Source of the DNA: Nitrospirales bacterium
Lineage (GTDB): Bacteria > Nitrospirota > Nitrospiria > Nitrospirales > UBA8639
Assembly (NCBI GenBank): GCA_963555755.3
Contig: OY820905.2
Coordinates: 1,952,001-2,016,000 of the forward strand
Direction of reading: 5' to 3'
Length of the DNA stretch: 64,000 nt
The notes under the pieces are model-generated. The model did not search any database, was not told the DNA's origin, and saw nothing but the letters and a program-made list of their open reading frames with translations. Position 1 is the first letter of the stretch. Every line of letters begins with the position of its first letter. The position numbers were made by a program, and so were the translations under genes. Shown here one piece after another: positions 50,209-60,914 of this stretch.

Positions 50209-51133
50209 GAAAGAAACTCAAGAAACAAATCAGGAATACAAACTGCGGGCAAACCCTACTAAAACTGGCTCCTCCGAAGAATTTGTGGGTACTTCTCAGG
50301 TAACTCCTAAGTAACTTCATGCTATCCTCCGTCGTCCGGGTGCGCCGCGCGCCATAAGGGCGCTAGGTACCTCCCCGCGTCATTCCCGACGTCTGTTATC
50401 GGGAATCCAGGTTCGTTCTTAAGATAGATCCCCGATAACCAACGTCGGGGATGACGGATTCAGGTTCACCAGACCTCGGCCTTTCTTCTCTCCTGTGCCT
50501 CCTCAGTTGCCTCACAAGTTACTTTCCGTCGTCTGGGTGGGCCGCGCCCCATAAGGGCGCTACTCAGGAGGTTTCCCACAAGGCCACATGCCATAGCCCC
50601 TGCACCGTAGGCTTAATCGGCTTGTGGACCCTGAGGGAAACTTCGGATCAATCGCAATTTTGGTGGAGTGAGACTCGCGTCTTGAGTCAGACCTTGACAG
50701 AATCCGTTCGCCCTGAGCTTGTCGAAGGGTCAGAAACTTCAATGTGTACCATTCATGGTTCGACAAGCTCACCACGAACGGAACGGGATTGGACGCCTAA
50801 ATCAGAACAGGAGCCCCTCGCATAGTATGTCCGTCATCGCCATAGGCCTCGACTCCACCAAAATTGCAACTGATCCGAAACTTCCCCATGAGTCAATTGA
50901 ATATGAGCATCGAAATAAAACCGGTCCCCGGTGGGAAAATTCGTTGGTTTTTCAGTGCCTTGGAAAGGATTCGTTAGGTGCTCGACCCACAAATTTTCCT
51001 GAAGAGCCCTAAAACTCAATACTCATATCTGACCCCACATCCAAGAAATGCCGTAAACTGAAATTGAAATTTTCCTAGGGGTGGCGTAAATTGTTTCAAT
51101 GGAATCAAAATGATTTCGGTATGGGGTGTGTAA

Positions 51134-54076
51134 ATGAAAAAGTATCCTAAATCCATTTTAATACTGGCTTTTATCCTGCCTCTTATTCCCCTTGTATTTT
51201 CTTCTTGTGTTTCGCCAGCAGCTCACTTAACCGGAAAAGTCGATCCTCATTTTACCTTTGATAAATCCCAATCAATACATATTGCGCTGCTAGAGTCAGC
51301 AAACATAGAAGACAAGCAATTTCATCATCAACTCGTAAAGGAAATGAAGCAGGCAGGATTCCAAATTGCAAACGAATGGACGAGGGATACCTTGGCACTA
51401 TTTTTTAACTTAAATGCAGACAGATCACTTGTTCATTCTATTCTTGTGTTGCCAGATAGTACCACCACTACTGGGCATATTGGCATGAAATCATTCAGGG
51501 CAACCACTGAAGGCACACAAGTGGTTCCTTACAGTAAATACATTACAATAAAACGAATCCAACTGGCTCTTTTCAGAATCACCAAAAAAGAAAAACTTGA
51601 TTTAGTGTGGGAAGGACACCTGGGAACACGACAAGAGAACTTACGCTACGGGGCTTCGTCGGCCATAAGGCAGCTCATTAAGGTTATTGGAGAAAACTTT
51701 GAAGGCCCTGTGGAAATGCCAGTGCAAAGTGCTCAACGTTCCCAAGACTCAAACGATGTTAAGCAATTAGAGCACCAAGTAAAAACGCTTCAAGCACAGA
51801 TTCAAGAGTTGCAAGGAAAGGATGGCAAGTTAACTGGCTCCAAAGCCGTACACAATGAACCGGAACCTTTGAAGCAAGAGAATGCTAAGCTAGCCCAAGA
51901 CTGCCAGCAAGAAAGGTTAGATGCCTGTGTTGAACTTGCTGCTCGCTACCAGGTAGGCGAGGGGGTTCCGAAGAATCTGAAAACTGCAGTTTCTCTTTAC
52001 GAAAAGGGATGTGAAGGTAACAATGCAAAAGCTTGTGCGGGTCTTGGAATGCTTTACGCAAAGGGAAGTGGGGTACAAGTGGATAAAGAAATGGCCAAAA
52101 ACCTATTTTCGAAGGCCTGTGACAATGGATTTGCCAAAGCATGTTTTATCCTTGGTGGTTTGTTCAAGTCCGGCGAAGTCAGTAGAAAGGATGAGGTGCA
52201 ATCCGTAAAGCTTTTTCAAAAGGCTTGCGATGGTGGGGATGGTATGGGGTGTACTTCTCTCGCATTCAACTACCTTATGGGTAAAGTAGGTCAAATAGAT
52301 CATAAGCGAGCCATGGCTCTCCTTGAGCAGGGTTGCCAGTATGGGGAGCCTTTCGCCTGTGGTAGCGCAGCAATGAGATACAGAATAGGTCTTTCAGTTC
52401 AAAAGGACACAGAGAAGTCTTTGTCACTTCAAAAGAATGCTTTCCCTCTTTATCAGAAGGGGTGTCAGGAAGGAGACGCTTCCTACTGTGGAGCGGTCGG
52501 GGCATACTACGAGGGACGAATTGTAGTACCTGTGGACAAATCGGTGGTCGGGGCATACTACGAGGAGGGAGGTGTAGTACCTGTGGACATATCGCAAGCT
52601 CTCCTTCATTACGAAAAAGCTTGTAAAGGTGGATCACTCTCTGGGTGTGTGCGCCTTGGTAATCTGTATCTGGAAGGCAATAAAGTTTCCAAAGATCACC
52701 AGAAAGCAATTCAGATTTATAGCAAAGCCTGCGAAACAAAGGAGTTAGCTCCTTGGGAGGGGGGAGAAGCTTTTTGGAAAAGTAGCTGCTACAGAAATCT
52801 CGGATCCCTCTATGAGAATGGTGAAGGTTTACCCACGGACAAAGCGCATGCCGCAACCTTTTATCGGAAAGCTTGTGATCTAGGTGACGAAAGCAGTTGC
52901 ATTAAGCTTGGCCTGCTAACATTCGATGAGGATCGTCTGGGGTCAATAAACAAAACGAATAATCTTCCCCTCCTCCGTAAAGGTTGTCATAAGTACTACG
53001 ACACAGCCAATACCTGCCAGCAATTTGAAGAAACCTTAGTAGGCTTATGCGAAAAGGAGGACCTTAAAGCTTGTCGTGAGCTATCAGATAGTTATTGGGA
53101 AGGAAGACTCAATCCCAAAAAAGCACTTTTCCCCGTGGCTTCTCTCAATCGGATGCTTTGTGATGAAGGAACACTAGAAAGTTGCGATAGATTAGCTTTC
53201 CATTTTACTGTCGGTTCCACTAGAGACATCACCCGCGCGGAAGAGCTCTATGTAAAAAACTGTCAAGATGGTTATTTAGATAGCTGTGAAAGCCTTGCTG
53301 GTCTGGCCTTGGAATATTTAGAGGGACTTGTTAACACACCTGTAGATCCCGTTAAAGCTGGACAACTTCTTAAACTCTCTTGTGACGGAGGGGTGGCTTC
53401 TTCCTGTAGACAACTCGGCGAACTCTATGAAGAGGGGGAGGGCGTGAAACAGGACTACACCTCTGCAGAGAAAGCCTATAAGGTGGCCTGTGACAAAGGT
53501 GATGCCAGGGGTTGTGATTCTCTAGCCCACCTGTATAAGAAGGGGTACTTAGGAAGAAAGGGAAAGGCGGAAATTGCAGCACTATACAGCCGTGCAGTTG
53601 CGCTGTATCGAAAGGGTTGTGAGAAGGGAAAAGACCTCAAGAGAATTGATAGGTATGATAGTGATTGGGATTGCTATTGGTTGGCTTCTCATTACGAGCG
53701 TGGACGAGGGGTTTCCCGAGATGAACTAAAGGCATCAATTTTTTACAAGCAGGCTTGTGGCCGTGGACTTCAGAAGGCCTGTAAGCAAGCTACAAGCTTT
53801 TACGTTAAGGATTGTAAAAAAGGACAGGTTGCGGACTGTACGATTTTAGGGAGAATGTACCTGCATGGCCGCATTCTTGAAAAAAATACCCAACGCGCCA
53901 TGCATTTTTTTCAACAAGCGTGTGACGGGAAAGACGGGAAAGGCTGTTATAACCTTGGCTCCATACACGTGAATGAAAAGGGCGACCTATATAAACCAGA
54001 TAAGGCGCAAACCTATTTTCAGATGGCCTGTGATTTCGGGTATACGTTAGGTTGCCTACATGATAAAGCGAAGTAG
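51134..54076 (+). CDS. Sel1-like (Cys-rich, Hcp-type) repeat lipoprotein
   Basis: Lipobox-like FSSC; repeated KAC..G....C..LG..Y..G.G units. Confidence 0.85.
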   Translation: MKKYPKSILILAFILPLIPLVFSSCVSPAAHLTGKVDPHFTFDKSQSIHIALLESANIEDKQFHHQLVKEMKQAGFQIANEWTRDTLALFFNLNADRSLVHSILVLPDSTTTTGHIGMKSFRATTEGTQVVPYSKYITIKRIQLALFRITKKEKLDLVWEGHLGTRQENLRYGASSAIRQLIKVIGENFEGPVEMPVQSAQRSQDSNDVKQLEHQVKTLQAQIQELQGKDGKLTGSKAVHNEPEPLKQENAKLAQDCQQERLDACVELAARYQVGEGVPKNLKTAVSLYEKGCEGNNAKACAGLGMLYAKGSGVQVDKEMAKNLFSKACDNGFAKACFILGGLFKSGEVSRKDEVQSVKLFQKACDGGDGMGCTSLAFNYLMGKVGQIDHKRAMALLEQGCQYGEPFACGSAAMRYRIGLSVQKDTEKSLSLQKNAFPLYQKGCQEGDASYCGAVGAYYEGRIVVPVDKSVVGAYYEEGGVVPVDISQALLHYEKACKGGSLSGCVRLGNLYLEGNKVSKDHQKAIQIYSKACETKELAPWEGGEAFWKSSCYRNLGSLYENGEGLPTDKAHAATFYRKACDLGDESSCIKLGLLTFDEDRLGSINKTNNLPLLRKGCHKYYDTANTCQQFEETLVGLCEKEDLKACRELSDSYWEGRLNPKKALFPVASLNRMLCDEGTLESCDRLAFHFTVGSTRDITRAEELYVKNCQDGYLDSCESLAGLALEYLEGLVNTPVDPVKAGQLLKLSCDGGVASSCRQLGELYEEGEGVKQDYTSAEKAYKVACDKGDARGCDSLAHLYKKGYLGRKGKAEIAALYSRAVALYRKGCEKGKDLKRIDRYDSDWDCYWLASHYERGRGVSRDELKASIFYKQACGRGLQKACKQATSFYVKDCKKGQVADCTILGRMYLHGRILEKNTQRAMHFFQQACDGKDGKGCYNLGSIHVNEKGDLYKPDKAQTYFQMACDFGYTLGCLHDKAK

Positions 54077-54423
54077 GTGCGTTCGTTTCAGCTCCTGCAA
54101 AGAATGCAACGTTTCCTGTCAGTTCTTGTTCTACTTGGGCTCTCGCTTTGGTTTATTGGAATATTTGAAGTGATCGAGTATCAAATTATTGCTTATTGAG
54201 AAAAGTGCTCCAAGAAAAACCCCAAGACCCTCGGGTGTTAGCAGGAGCAATTGAAACAGGAATCGTTATCAGGGATTTTAGGTAGCCTTGCTGTAGATAC
54301 GGCTGGGTGATGAGCTGCAGGCCGAACACCGGGCACCGCAAACCAACATTAACCTAGAGAATGTTGCGGTGACCGCTTTGTTTGCAGCCCGTCTGCTCCT
54401 TTGTTTTGGGCAGAGAGTGCTGC

Positions 54424-54906
54424 TTAACCTACAAGCTCTTCCAACCGTTTTGTGAAATTGTCACAAAACTTCTTCAAATCTGCCGCATTGATTTTTGCGC
54501 GCCAATTGATCGGGGCATTTGCGCTGGAAGCATCTTCAAACTCAATTTCCACCTTGTCCATTTCTCGATGATCAGAAGAGAACATAATTCGCCGGTGAGA
54601 TGCAGCATTTCGCAAATGCCAAATCAATTTTCCCAGGGTGTTGGTGTCACCTTTTTCGTCCAATAGGATATCCCACCGAGGCCAACCTTCCTCCTCAAGT
54701 TCGCTCAGACATAAGTTATCAAGTTGATTCAATGCTCCATCTGCCCAAGGGAAAACAATGAGGCCCAATAGAGATGTCACTAACTGAGTGACTTCATGTA
54801 CGTCTTCGTCCTCAACGCGTTTTTTGATAATAAAGTCCAGGTTTTTGCGAACGCGTCGGGCAAATTCCTTAGTGTTGTTTCGGTCAAGCGAATATTTCTT
54901 AGGCAT
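54424..54906 (-). CDS. HEPN family nuclease (pEK499_p136-like)
   Basis: EVTQLVTSLLGLIVFP; RNAASH (Rx4H); GGAGG RBS before ATG 54906. Confidence 0.78.
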   Translation of the reverse strand: MPKKYSLDRNNTKEFARRVRKNLDFIIKKRVEDEDVHEVTQLVTSLLGLIVFPWADGALNQLDNLCLSELEEEGWPRWDILLDEKGDTNTLGKLIWHLRNAASHRRIMFSSDHREMDKVEIEFEDASSANAPINWRAKINAADLKKFCDNFTKRLEELVG

Positions 54907-54952
54907 GCCAATATCCTCCGCCTCACACTGCAAGTCAGCTACATTTTCCTAG

Positions 54953-55435
54953 TTAGGAACCGCCGACATATTGATAAACTAGGTAAAACACGGCTACTGA
55001 AAGCATCACAGCCACTAGAACAACTGGCCACTGATTACCCCACTCCCTGGCATCATTTGCAAGGTTCGTGTTGAGGATCTGATAGTGAACAAGCTCTCCA
55101 AAGAAGTACCCGAATAGTAGCACCAACGCGGCAACTTCGCCCGCAGCGCCAATTCCAACACTAAACAGCGTTCGCGAGGCAGGGACAGCCAATGCAACAA
55201 GCGGAAATACAAAACCAAACAAGGCCGCTACAAGCGTTGACAGGAGCAACAATAGAAGTGGACCAGTAAAGTGAGTAAGACCCAGGTAGATATCGCGGGC
55301 CTTTTTTTGATCAAAGTCAACAGCTACTTGTCGGTAGTAGTTTGCTTCTCGCTGAAGCCGGAATGACAAAAAAGTGCCGCAGAACCCTGTTAATATCGCA
55401 CCAGCTGAAAGGGCCGAACCATAAAATTGTTCTAT
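54953..55435 (-). CDS. hypothetical multi-pass membrane protein (start possibly mutated to ATA)
   Basis: Frame open from ATA after AAAGGAAG: IEQFYGSALSAGAILTGFCGTFLSFRLQRE...; several hydrophobic segments. Confidence 0.55.
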   Translation of the reverse strand: MEQFYGSALSAGAILTGFCGTFLSFRLQREANYYRQVAVDFDQKKARDIYLGLTHFTGPLLLLLLSTLVAALFGFVFPLVALAVPASRTLFSVGIGAAGEVAALVLLFGYFFGELVHYQILNTNLANDAREWGNQWPVVLVAVMLSVAVFYLVYQYVGGS

Positions 55436-55672
55436 GGTGCTTCCTTTTTGACTAACTATGGATTATCTGCTTCTGTATAAGATCCCACTTCATTGGTTCT
55501 GCAGTATAAGCCCTTTGAAATGGTGAGACAATTAATGGCGTTTGAGGCTGCCTGACAGAGAGCCACGGTAGACGGCTTTGATTTGGTGTCAGGTCTGAGT
55601 ATGGAATTTTGGTAAGATTTGCTCTCCCCACGCTTGAGTTTGAAAACTTAATTTGTTTCTTGAGTGTCTTCA

Positions 55673-55866
55673 CGCCTTCGAGTGCGGCGGAGCTGGAGCC
55701 CCGAAACGGCTTTTTGGCGAAGGCTGTCTGAGCAGAGCGAGTTCCTGAGCCATCTTATTCGGGGCGGAGGCGGAGGAACCCCAGAAGGGGCCGCACACGG
55801 GCGACAGTGGTTTTGGGTACTTTTGCCGAAACAAAAGTGCCTCGTCGCGCGGGGACGAAACCCCGC
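55673..55866 (-). repeat. family D repeat (uninterrupted)
   Basis: Reverse copy of the family D motifs. Confidence 0.85.
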
Positions 55867-55917
55867 ATAAAAAATTTCCAGCACCTTTCACCATGACTGA
55901 CAGGACGTCTTTCATGA

Positions 55918-58479
55918 TCAATCACCCCCTGTCCACTTCACCCATAACCGATGTACATTGTCGGCTTCCTGCTGAAGAAGACTTCCTTCTCCGCTGACCA
56001 CAGAAAGAAATTGCTCTTGGGTTGTTTGGATGGTTGTGTCAAATGAGTCTACACGTTGTTTGATGACAATGGCTCCATCTTGATCTGTTCGATACACTTC
56101 AATGCCTTGTTGGTCATAGTGCTGAAGAACGGAGGGAGCAGGATGCCCATAACGATTCCTTTGCCCAGCCGAGACCACAGCCGTCTTTGCCGTTAACCGA
56201 TTGAACCAATCCGCATTGAATGAACTCTTGGCGCCATGATGAGGAATCTTGACCAGCGTGGCGACTTGAACCGAAGGGTCATTGGCCATGCGCTCCAATG
56301 CTTCAACTTCGGCGTCCGCCGTTAACAGAACCGAATGCATCCCACAGGTCACACTCAAGACAACGGAAAGATTATTTAATTCAGTACCACTTTTTTTGTC
56401 AGGCGCAGCTTGGGATATTCCACTCTCTGATCGAGGCGGATTCAGTGAACGCACCTGGCAAGGGCTCCCCTTCACAAGATCTAGGCCGGCCCAGGCAACC
56501 TGCTCGGTCAGATTCTTCTCGCTCATCGCACCATTCAATCGTTGGTAAAACGGTTCATCTCGTTGAACGCCATTGGTCCAAAAGTGACGAATGTTGAAAT
56601 TCTTGATGACCCAAGCAAGTCCCCCGACATGATCGAGTTGTGGATGGGTGGCGATGAGATGATCAATCGTTCGAATGCCTCGATCCCACAGATACGGGCC
56701 GACGACCATCCGCCCCATATCCCACCGCTCATAGGCTGCGCCTCCGTCAATGAGTATTGTTTGACCATCAGGCAATTCAAGCAAAGTCGCATCGCCTTGC
56801 CCAACATCCAGAAATGTCGCGCGTAAGGTCTCGCCTTCAAAGATCTGACGCGGAGACCATGCCCACCAAACAACGAGCACGATAACGACGGCTGTACTGG
56901 TCCACCGAAGAACTGGCTTGGGACACATGAGCGCGAACAGCAGACACATGTAGAAACCAACAATCGCCAACAGCGCTGGTGAAGCAACATGCCATTCCGC
57001 CCCAGGGGTGTTGGCGAGGAATCCAACGAGAGAGCTCACGCTATCCAGGATGGATTGATTCACCCATGCCAGGGGAAGATGGTCCAAACCCAACACCAAA
57101 ACGAGGATCGAGGAAAATAACCCTAACGGCACCACGAACAAGCCAACAAACGGCACAACAGCCATATTGGCAAATACCCCAAGCCAGGCCACTTGGTTAA
57201 AATAATATGCCACCAACGGCAGCGTGGCGAGTGTCGCCGAACCGGAAATGAGGAAATATTGCTTCAGCCATGTCTTGAGTTTGTCCCACAACGACGGGGC
57301 AGATTCCTCCGCCTCTTCCTCATCAGAAGGATCTGTCCAGCGTAGCGCCATGGCAATCGCCAATACCGACAGGTACGACAATTGAAACGACAAGTCATAG
57401 ATCACCATGGGATTGACCAACGTGGTGAGAAAGGCCGATACCCCCAAGGCAACGAGAATGCGCCGCTCGTGTCCAACCCAAACCGCCAGTAAGTACAGCA
57501 CAATCATCATCAAGGATCGAACCGTGGCCACATGCACCCCGGACAACACGGTATAAAACACGACCAGAGGAATGGTCATCACGACGGCAAGTTGTTTCGG
57601 GGTGATCCGGCAAGAGAGCCGTTCCAACCATGGCGCGGGCATCCGACGGGTGAGACCTCTGATCGACAGGAAAGACAGAAACGCCAGAAGCCCCAAATGA
57701 GAACCGGAGATGGAAATAATGTGGACAGTCCCGGTTGTCATAAAATCATCGCGAACCTCCTGGTCAATATACCGTTGTTCACCGACGATCATCCCGAGAA
57801 ACAGAGCCCGTGCTGGATCCGTGAGACTCGATAATACTGCTTGGCGGACTTGGTTTCGCCAGCGATCAATTCGATTCCACAGAAACGTTCCCATTGTCGA
57901 TAGACCTGGAGCACTGATTTGAATGTGATCAGGTCCCCTCACTATGGCCACCGCTTCTATCCCGCGTTGCCGGAGATACGCGCCATAGTCAAATCCTCCA
58001 GGATTGCGCGTACCAAACGGCGCCCGCAGACGGGTCCTGACTGTTATGGCATCTCCTCGATACACTGCTGTGTTGGGGTTGCGCCATGTCAATCGAAGTT
58101 TCCCCTGAACAACACGCTTTTTGGCTTTTTCCCCAATCGATATGACATCGACCAGCATCGTCATTCGTCCTGGCGCATGCTGAACCGGATCCGCAATCAC
58201 CCCCGATAGGAGCACTTCTTGTTCACCAGCTTTTTGGAGAAGGGCACCTGCGGAATTATGCCATTCGCCCACATTCCAATAGCCAACGCCACACAGCAAA
58301 CAGGCATAGAGAATGAGACTTCTTTTCGATGCCAACCGACCTTGACGCTCACACCACGTGAGACCAATGGCACAGAGAACGAGGATGGAGACAATGGAAA
58401 AGGGAATATAACGAACATAGGACCCGAACCAGAGGCCTACAAGGAAGGACACAATACAGGGCAGGAGAACTGAAGGCAC
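55918..58479 (-). CDS. comEC: DNA internalization competence protein ComEC/Rec2
   Basis: NPGGFDY, HIISISGSH, FQLSY, DVGQGD, THPQLDHVGG, PHHGA, RYGHP. Confidence 0.95.
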   Translation of the reverse strand: MPSVLLPCIVSFLVGLWFGSYVRYIPFSIVSILVLCAIGLTWCERQGRLASKRSLILYACLLCGVGYWNVGEWHNSAGALLQKAGEQEVLLSGVIADPVQHAPGRMTMLVDVISIGEKAKKRVVQGKLRLTWRNPNTAVYRGDAITVRTRLRAPFGTRNPGGFDYGAYLRQRGIEAVAIVRGPDHIQISAPGLSTMGTFLWNRIDRWRNQVRQAVLSSLTDPARALFLGMIVGEQRYIDQEVRDDFMTTGTVHIISISGSHLGLLAFLSFLSIRGLTRRMPAPWLERLSCRITPKQLAVVMTIPLVVFYTVLSGVHVATVRSLMMIVLYLLAVWVGHERRILVALGVSAFLTTLVNPMVIYDLSFQLSYLSVLAIAMALRWTDPSDEEEAEESAPSLWDKLKTWLKQYFLISGSATLATLPLVAYYFNQVAWLGVFANMAVVPFVGLFVVPLGLFSSILVLVLGLDHLPLAWVNQSILDSVSSLVGFLANTPGAEWHVASPALLAIVGFYMCLLFALMCPKPVLRWTSTAVVIVLVVWWAWSPRQIFEGETLRATFLDVGQGDATLLELPDGQTILIDGGAAYERWDMGRMVVGPYLWDRGIRTIDHLIATHPQLDHVGGLAWVIKNFNIRHFWTNGVQRDEPFYQRLNGAMSEKNLTEQVAWAGLDLVKGSPCQVRSLNPPRSESGISQAAPDKKSGTELNNLSVVLSVTCGMHSVLLTADAEVEALERMANDPSVQVATLVKIPHHGAKSSFNADWFNRLTAKTAVVSAGQRNRYGHPAPSVLQHYDQQGIEVYRTDQDGAIVIKQRVDSFDTTIQTTQEQFLSVVSGEGSLLQQEADNVHRLWVKWTGGD

Positions 58480-58499
58480 GCCAATTAGAAAAAACTGAA

Positions 58500-59849
58500 T
58501 TAGCCGATTGTGGCTTTGACCACGCCAACTAACGTATCCGCCACGTGACGGATTTGAGCGTCATTTTGTCCTTCGACCATTACACGAACAAGCGGTTCCG
58601 TTCCCGAGTACCGAACGAGCACTCGGCCCGTTCCATGCAAGGCTTCCTCACTTGAGCGAATCGCCTGTTGCAATTCAGGAAGAGACGACAGATCAGGTTT
58701 ATGGGAGACTTCAACCCCAAGCAATACCTGAGGGACCGCTTCCATGCATCGGGCGACATCCGAAAGTGGACGAGCAGCCCGCTTCATGAGCTTCAACATT
58801 TGCAGGCCGGAGATCACCCCATCCCCGGTTGTATTGTAATCCAGGAATATCAAATGCCCCGATTGTTCGCCTCCGAGGTTGTAGCCATCGGCAAGCATCC
58901 GTTCGAGGATGTACCGATCCCCCACAGGTGTGCGAATGAGTGTAAGACCAGCTTTGCGTAAGGCGGCTTCAAATCCAAAATTACTCATCACGGTTCCGAC
59001 AACCGTCTGTTTGTGTAACCGTCCACGTTGCTGGAGATCAAAGGCAAGCGCGGCTAAAGCCTGATCACCAGTGACGACGTCACCCTGCTCATCGACAAAC
59101 ACCGATCGATCAGCGTCTCCATCCAGGGCAATGCCAATGTCTGCACCCTGGGCTCGCACCACATCTTGGAGGCGTTCAGGACACATGGCTCCGAATCCTG
59201 CATTGATGTTCGTGCCATCAGGATCATCGCCAATCACATGCACTTCGGCGCCCAACTCCCGAATAACCTTGGGAAACACGGAATAGCCTGCGCCATGAGC
59301 ACAATCGAGAACGACCTTGATCCCCTGGAAATCCATATCACGAGGCACGGACCGTTTCACGAATTCAATGTACCGACCTTCCGCATCATCAATACGATGG
59401 GCTTTGCCGATCTCACTAGCTGTCGGCCGAAGATGCTCGATTTCGTTGGAAAGAATGAGTTCCTCCATCCGCAGTTCCATATCATCGGGAAGCTTAAACC
59501 CATCATGGGAGAAAAATTTAATCCCGTTGTCTTGATAGGGATTATGCGAAGCCGAGATCATCACTCCAGCATCGGCACGAAGGCAACGCGTGAGAAAGGC
59601 CACCCCTGGAGTTGGCATCGGCCCCACCAGCAACACATCAACACCCATCGAGCAAATCCCGGAGGTCAACGCTGACTCCAACATGTACCCGGACAACCGG
59701 GTGTCCTTGCCAATGACAATTTGATGACGACCTTCACGCCGCTTAAACAGGTGAGCCACTGCCCGACCTAACTTCATGGCGGTTTCACTAGTTATCGGCT
59801 CTAAATTGGCAACACCTCGCACACCATCTGTCCCGAATAACTTCCGCAT
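58500..59849 (-). CDS. glmM: phosphoglucosamine mutase
   Basis: [35 protein letters not shown]. Confidence 0.97.
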   Translation of the reverse strand: MRKLFGTDGVRGVANLEPITSETAMKLGRAVAHLFKRREGRHQIVIGKDTRLSGYMLESALTSGICSMGVDVLLVGPMPTPGVAFLTRCLRADAGVMISASHNPYQDNGIKFFSHDGFKLPDDMELRMEELILSNEIEHLRPTASEIGKAHRIDDAEGRYIEFVKRSVPRDMDFQGIKVVLDCAHGAGYSVFPKVIRELGAEVHVIGDDPDGTNINAGFGAMCPERLQDVVRAQGADIGIALDGDADRSVFVDEQGDVVTGDQALAALAFDLQQRGRLHKQTVVGTVMSNFGFEAALRKAGLTLIRTPVGDRYILERMLADGYNLGGEQSGHLIFLDYNTTGDGVISGLQMLKLMKRAARPLSDVARCMEAVPQVLLGVEVSHKPDLSSLPELQQAIRSSEEALHGTGRVLVRYSGTEPLVRVMVEGQNDAQIRHVADTLVGVVKATIG

Positions 59850-59857
59850 GAACCCTC

Positions 59858-60730
59858 CTAGTTCCAATGAGCTCGTTTAATCGCCGTGGCCATCGTCACC
59901 ACGTCACGCATCTGCTCAACATCATGAACCCGAACGACATGGGCACCGTGCAACACCGCTGTAGCCACCGCCGCCGCCGTTCCCATCATCCGTTCACCAA
60001 CAGGCTTATTCAAAACCGCTCCAATGAACGATTTATTCGACACCCCTACTAATACCGGTTGCCCCAAACTTTCAAGGGAAGACAGCCCATTCATGAGGCT
60101 GAGATTTTGTTCGATCGTCTTGGCAAAACCGATTCCTGGATCAATAAGGATTTGCTCGGGCAGGATACCATACGATTCAGCCACCTCAATTCGATCCCGT
60201 AAAAACCTTTTAACCTCTTCAACCACATTGTCATAGTGACAACAGTCCTGCATGGTCTTCGGATCGCCCTGCATATGCATCAGCACAACCCCAGCCTGAG
60301 CTTCAGCCACCACATAGCCCATATCCGAATCAAACTCCAAAGCACTGATATCGTTAATAATATGGACGCCCCAATCAAGTGCTCTCCTCGCCACTTCCGC
60401 CTTTTTTGTATCCACCGACAGTGTGACCTGACACTGTTTTCCAAGAACCTCCAAGACCGGTCGAAGACGCCGAAGTTCTTCCTCCGCATTAATACCGACT
60501 GAACCCGGTCTGGAAGATTCAGCCCCCACATCAATTATATCCACACCAGCAGCAATCATGTGTTGTGCCTGATCAAGGGCATACTGAGGGTCCAGGAAAC
60601 GGCCTCCGTCAGAAAAGGAATCTGGGGTGACATTTAACACGCCCATCACTAACGGACGAACACCAAAAGGGATGCGTTTGGTTCTGGCACGAATCCATCG
60701 TTCAGTGTCTTCCGTGACTGAACCCGACAT
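59858..60730 (-). CDS. folP: dihydropteroate synthase
   Basis: [29 protein letters not shown]. Confidence 0.97.
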   Translation of the reverse strand: MSGSVTEDTERWIRARTKRIPFGVRPLVMGVLNVTPDSFSDGGRFLDPQYALDQAQHMIAAGVDIIDVGAESSRPGSVGINAEEELRRLRPVLEVLGKQCQVTLSVDTKKAEVARRALDWGVHIINDISALEFDSDMGYVVAEAQAGVVLMHMQGDPKTMQDCCHYDNVVEEVKRFLRDRIEVAESYGILPEQILIDPGIGFAKTIEQNLSLMNGLSSLESLGQPVLVGVSNKSFIGAVLNKPVGERMMGTAAAVATAVLHGAHVVRVHDVEQMRDVVTMATAIKRAHWN

Positions 60731-60914
60731 GAAAATGGACTCCTCTGACGGGGAGGTTAACGATTTATTCGGACGTCAGGAAAGCATCCTTGAGCGATGG
60801 AGAGAGTATAAGAAATGATTTGAGACGTGAATGCCTGGATCTTTTCCACCACCAGGCCTTCCTTGAACCTATGGGGACTCAGGGTTAGGATGATCGCGAT
60901 CGCCAGAAACCCTA

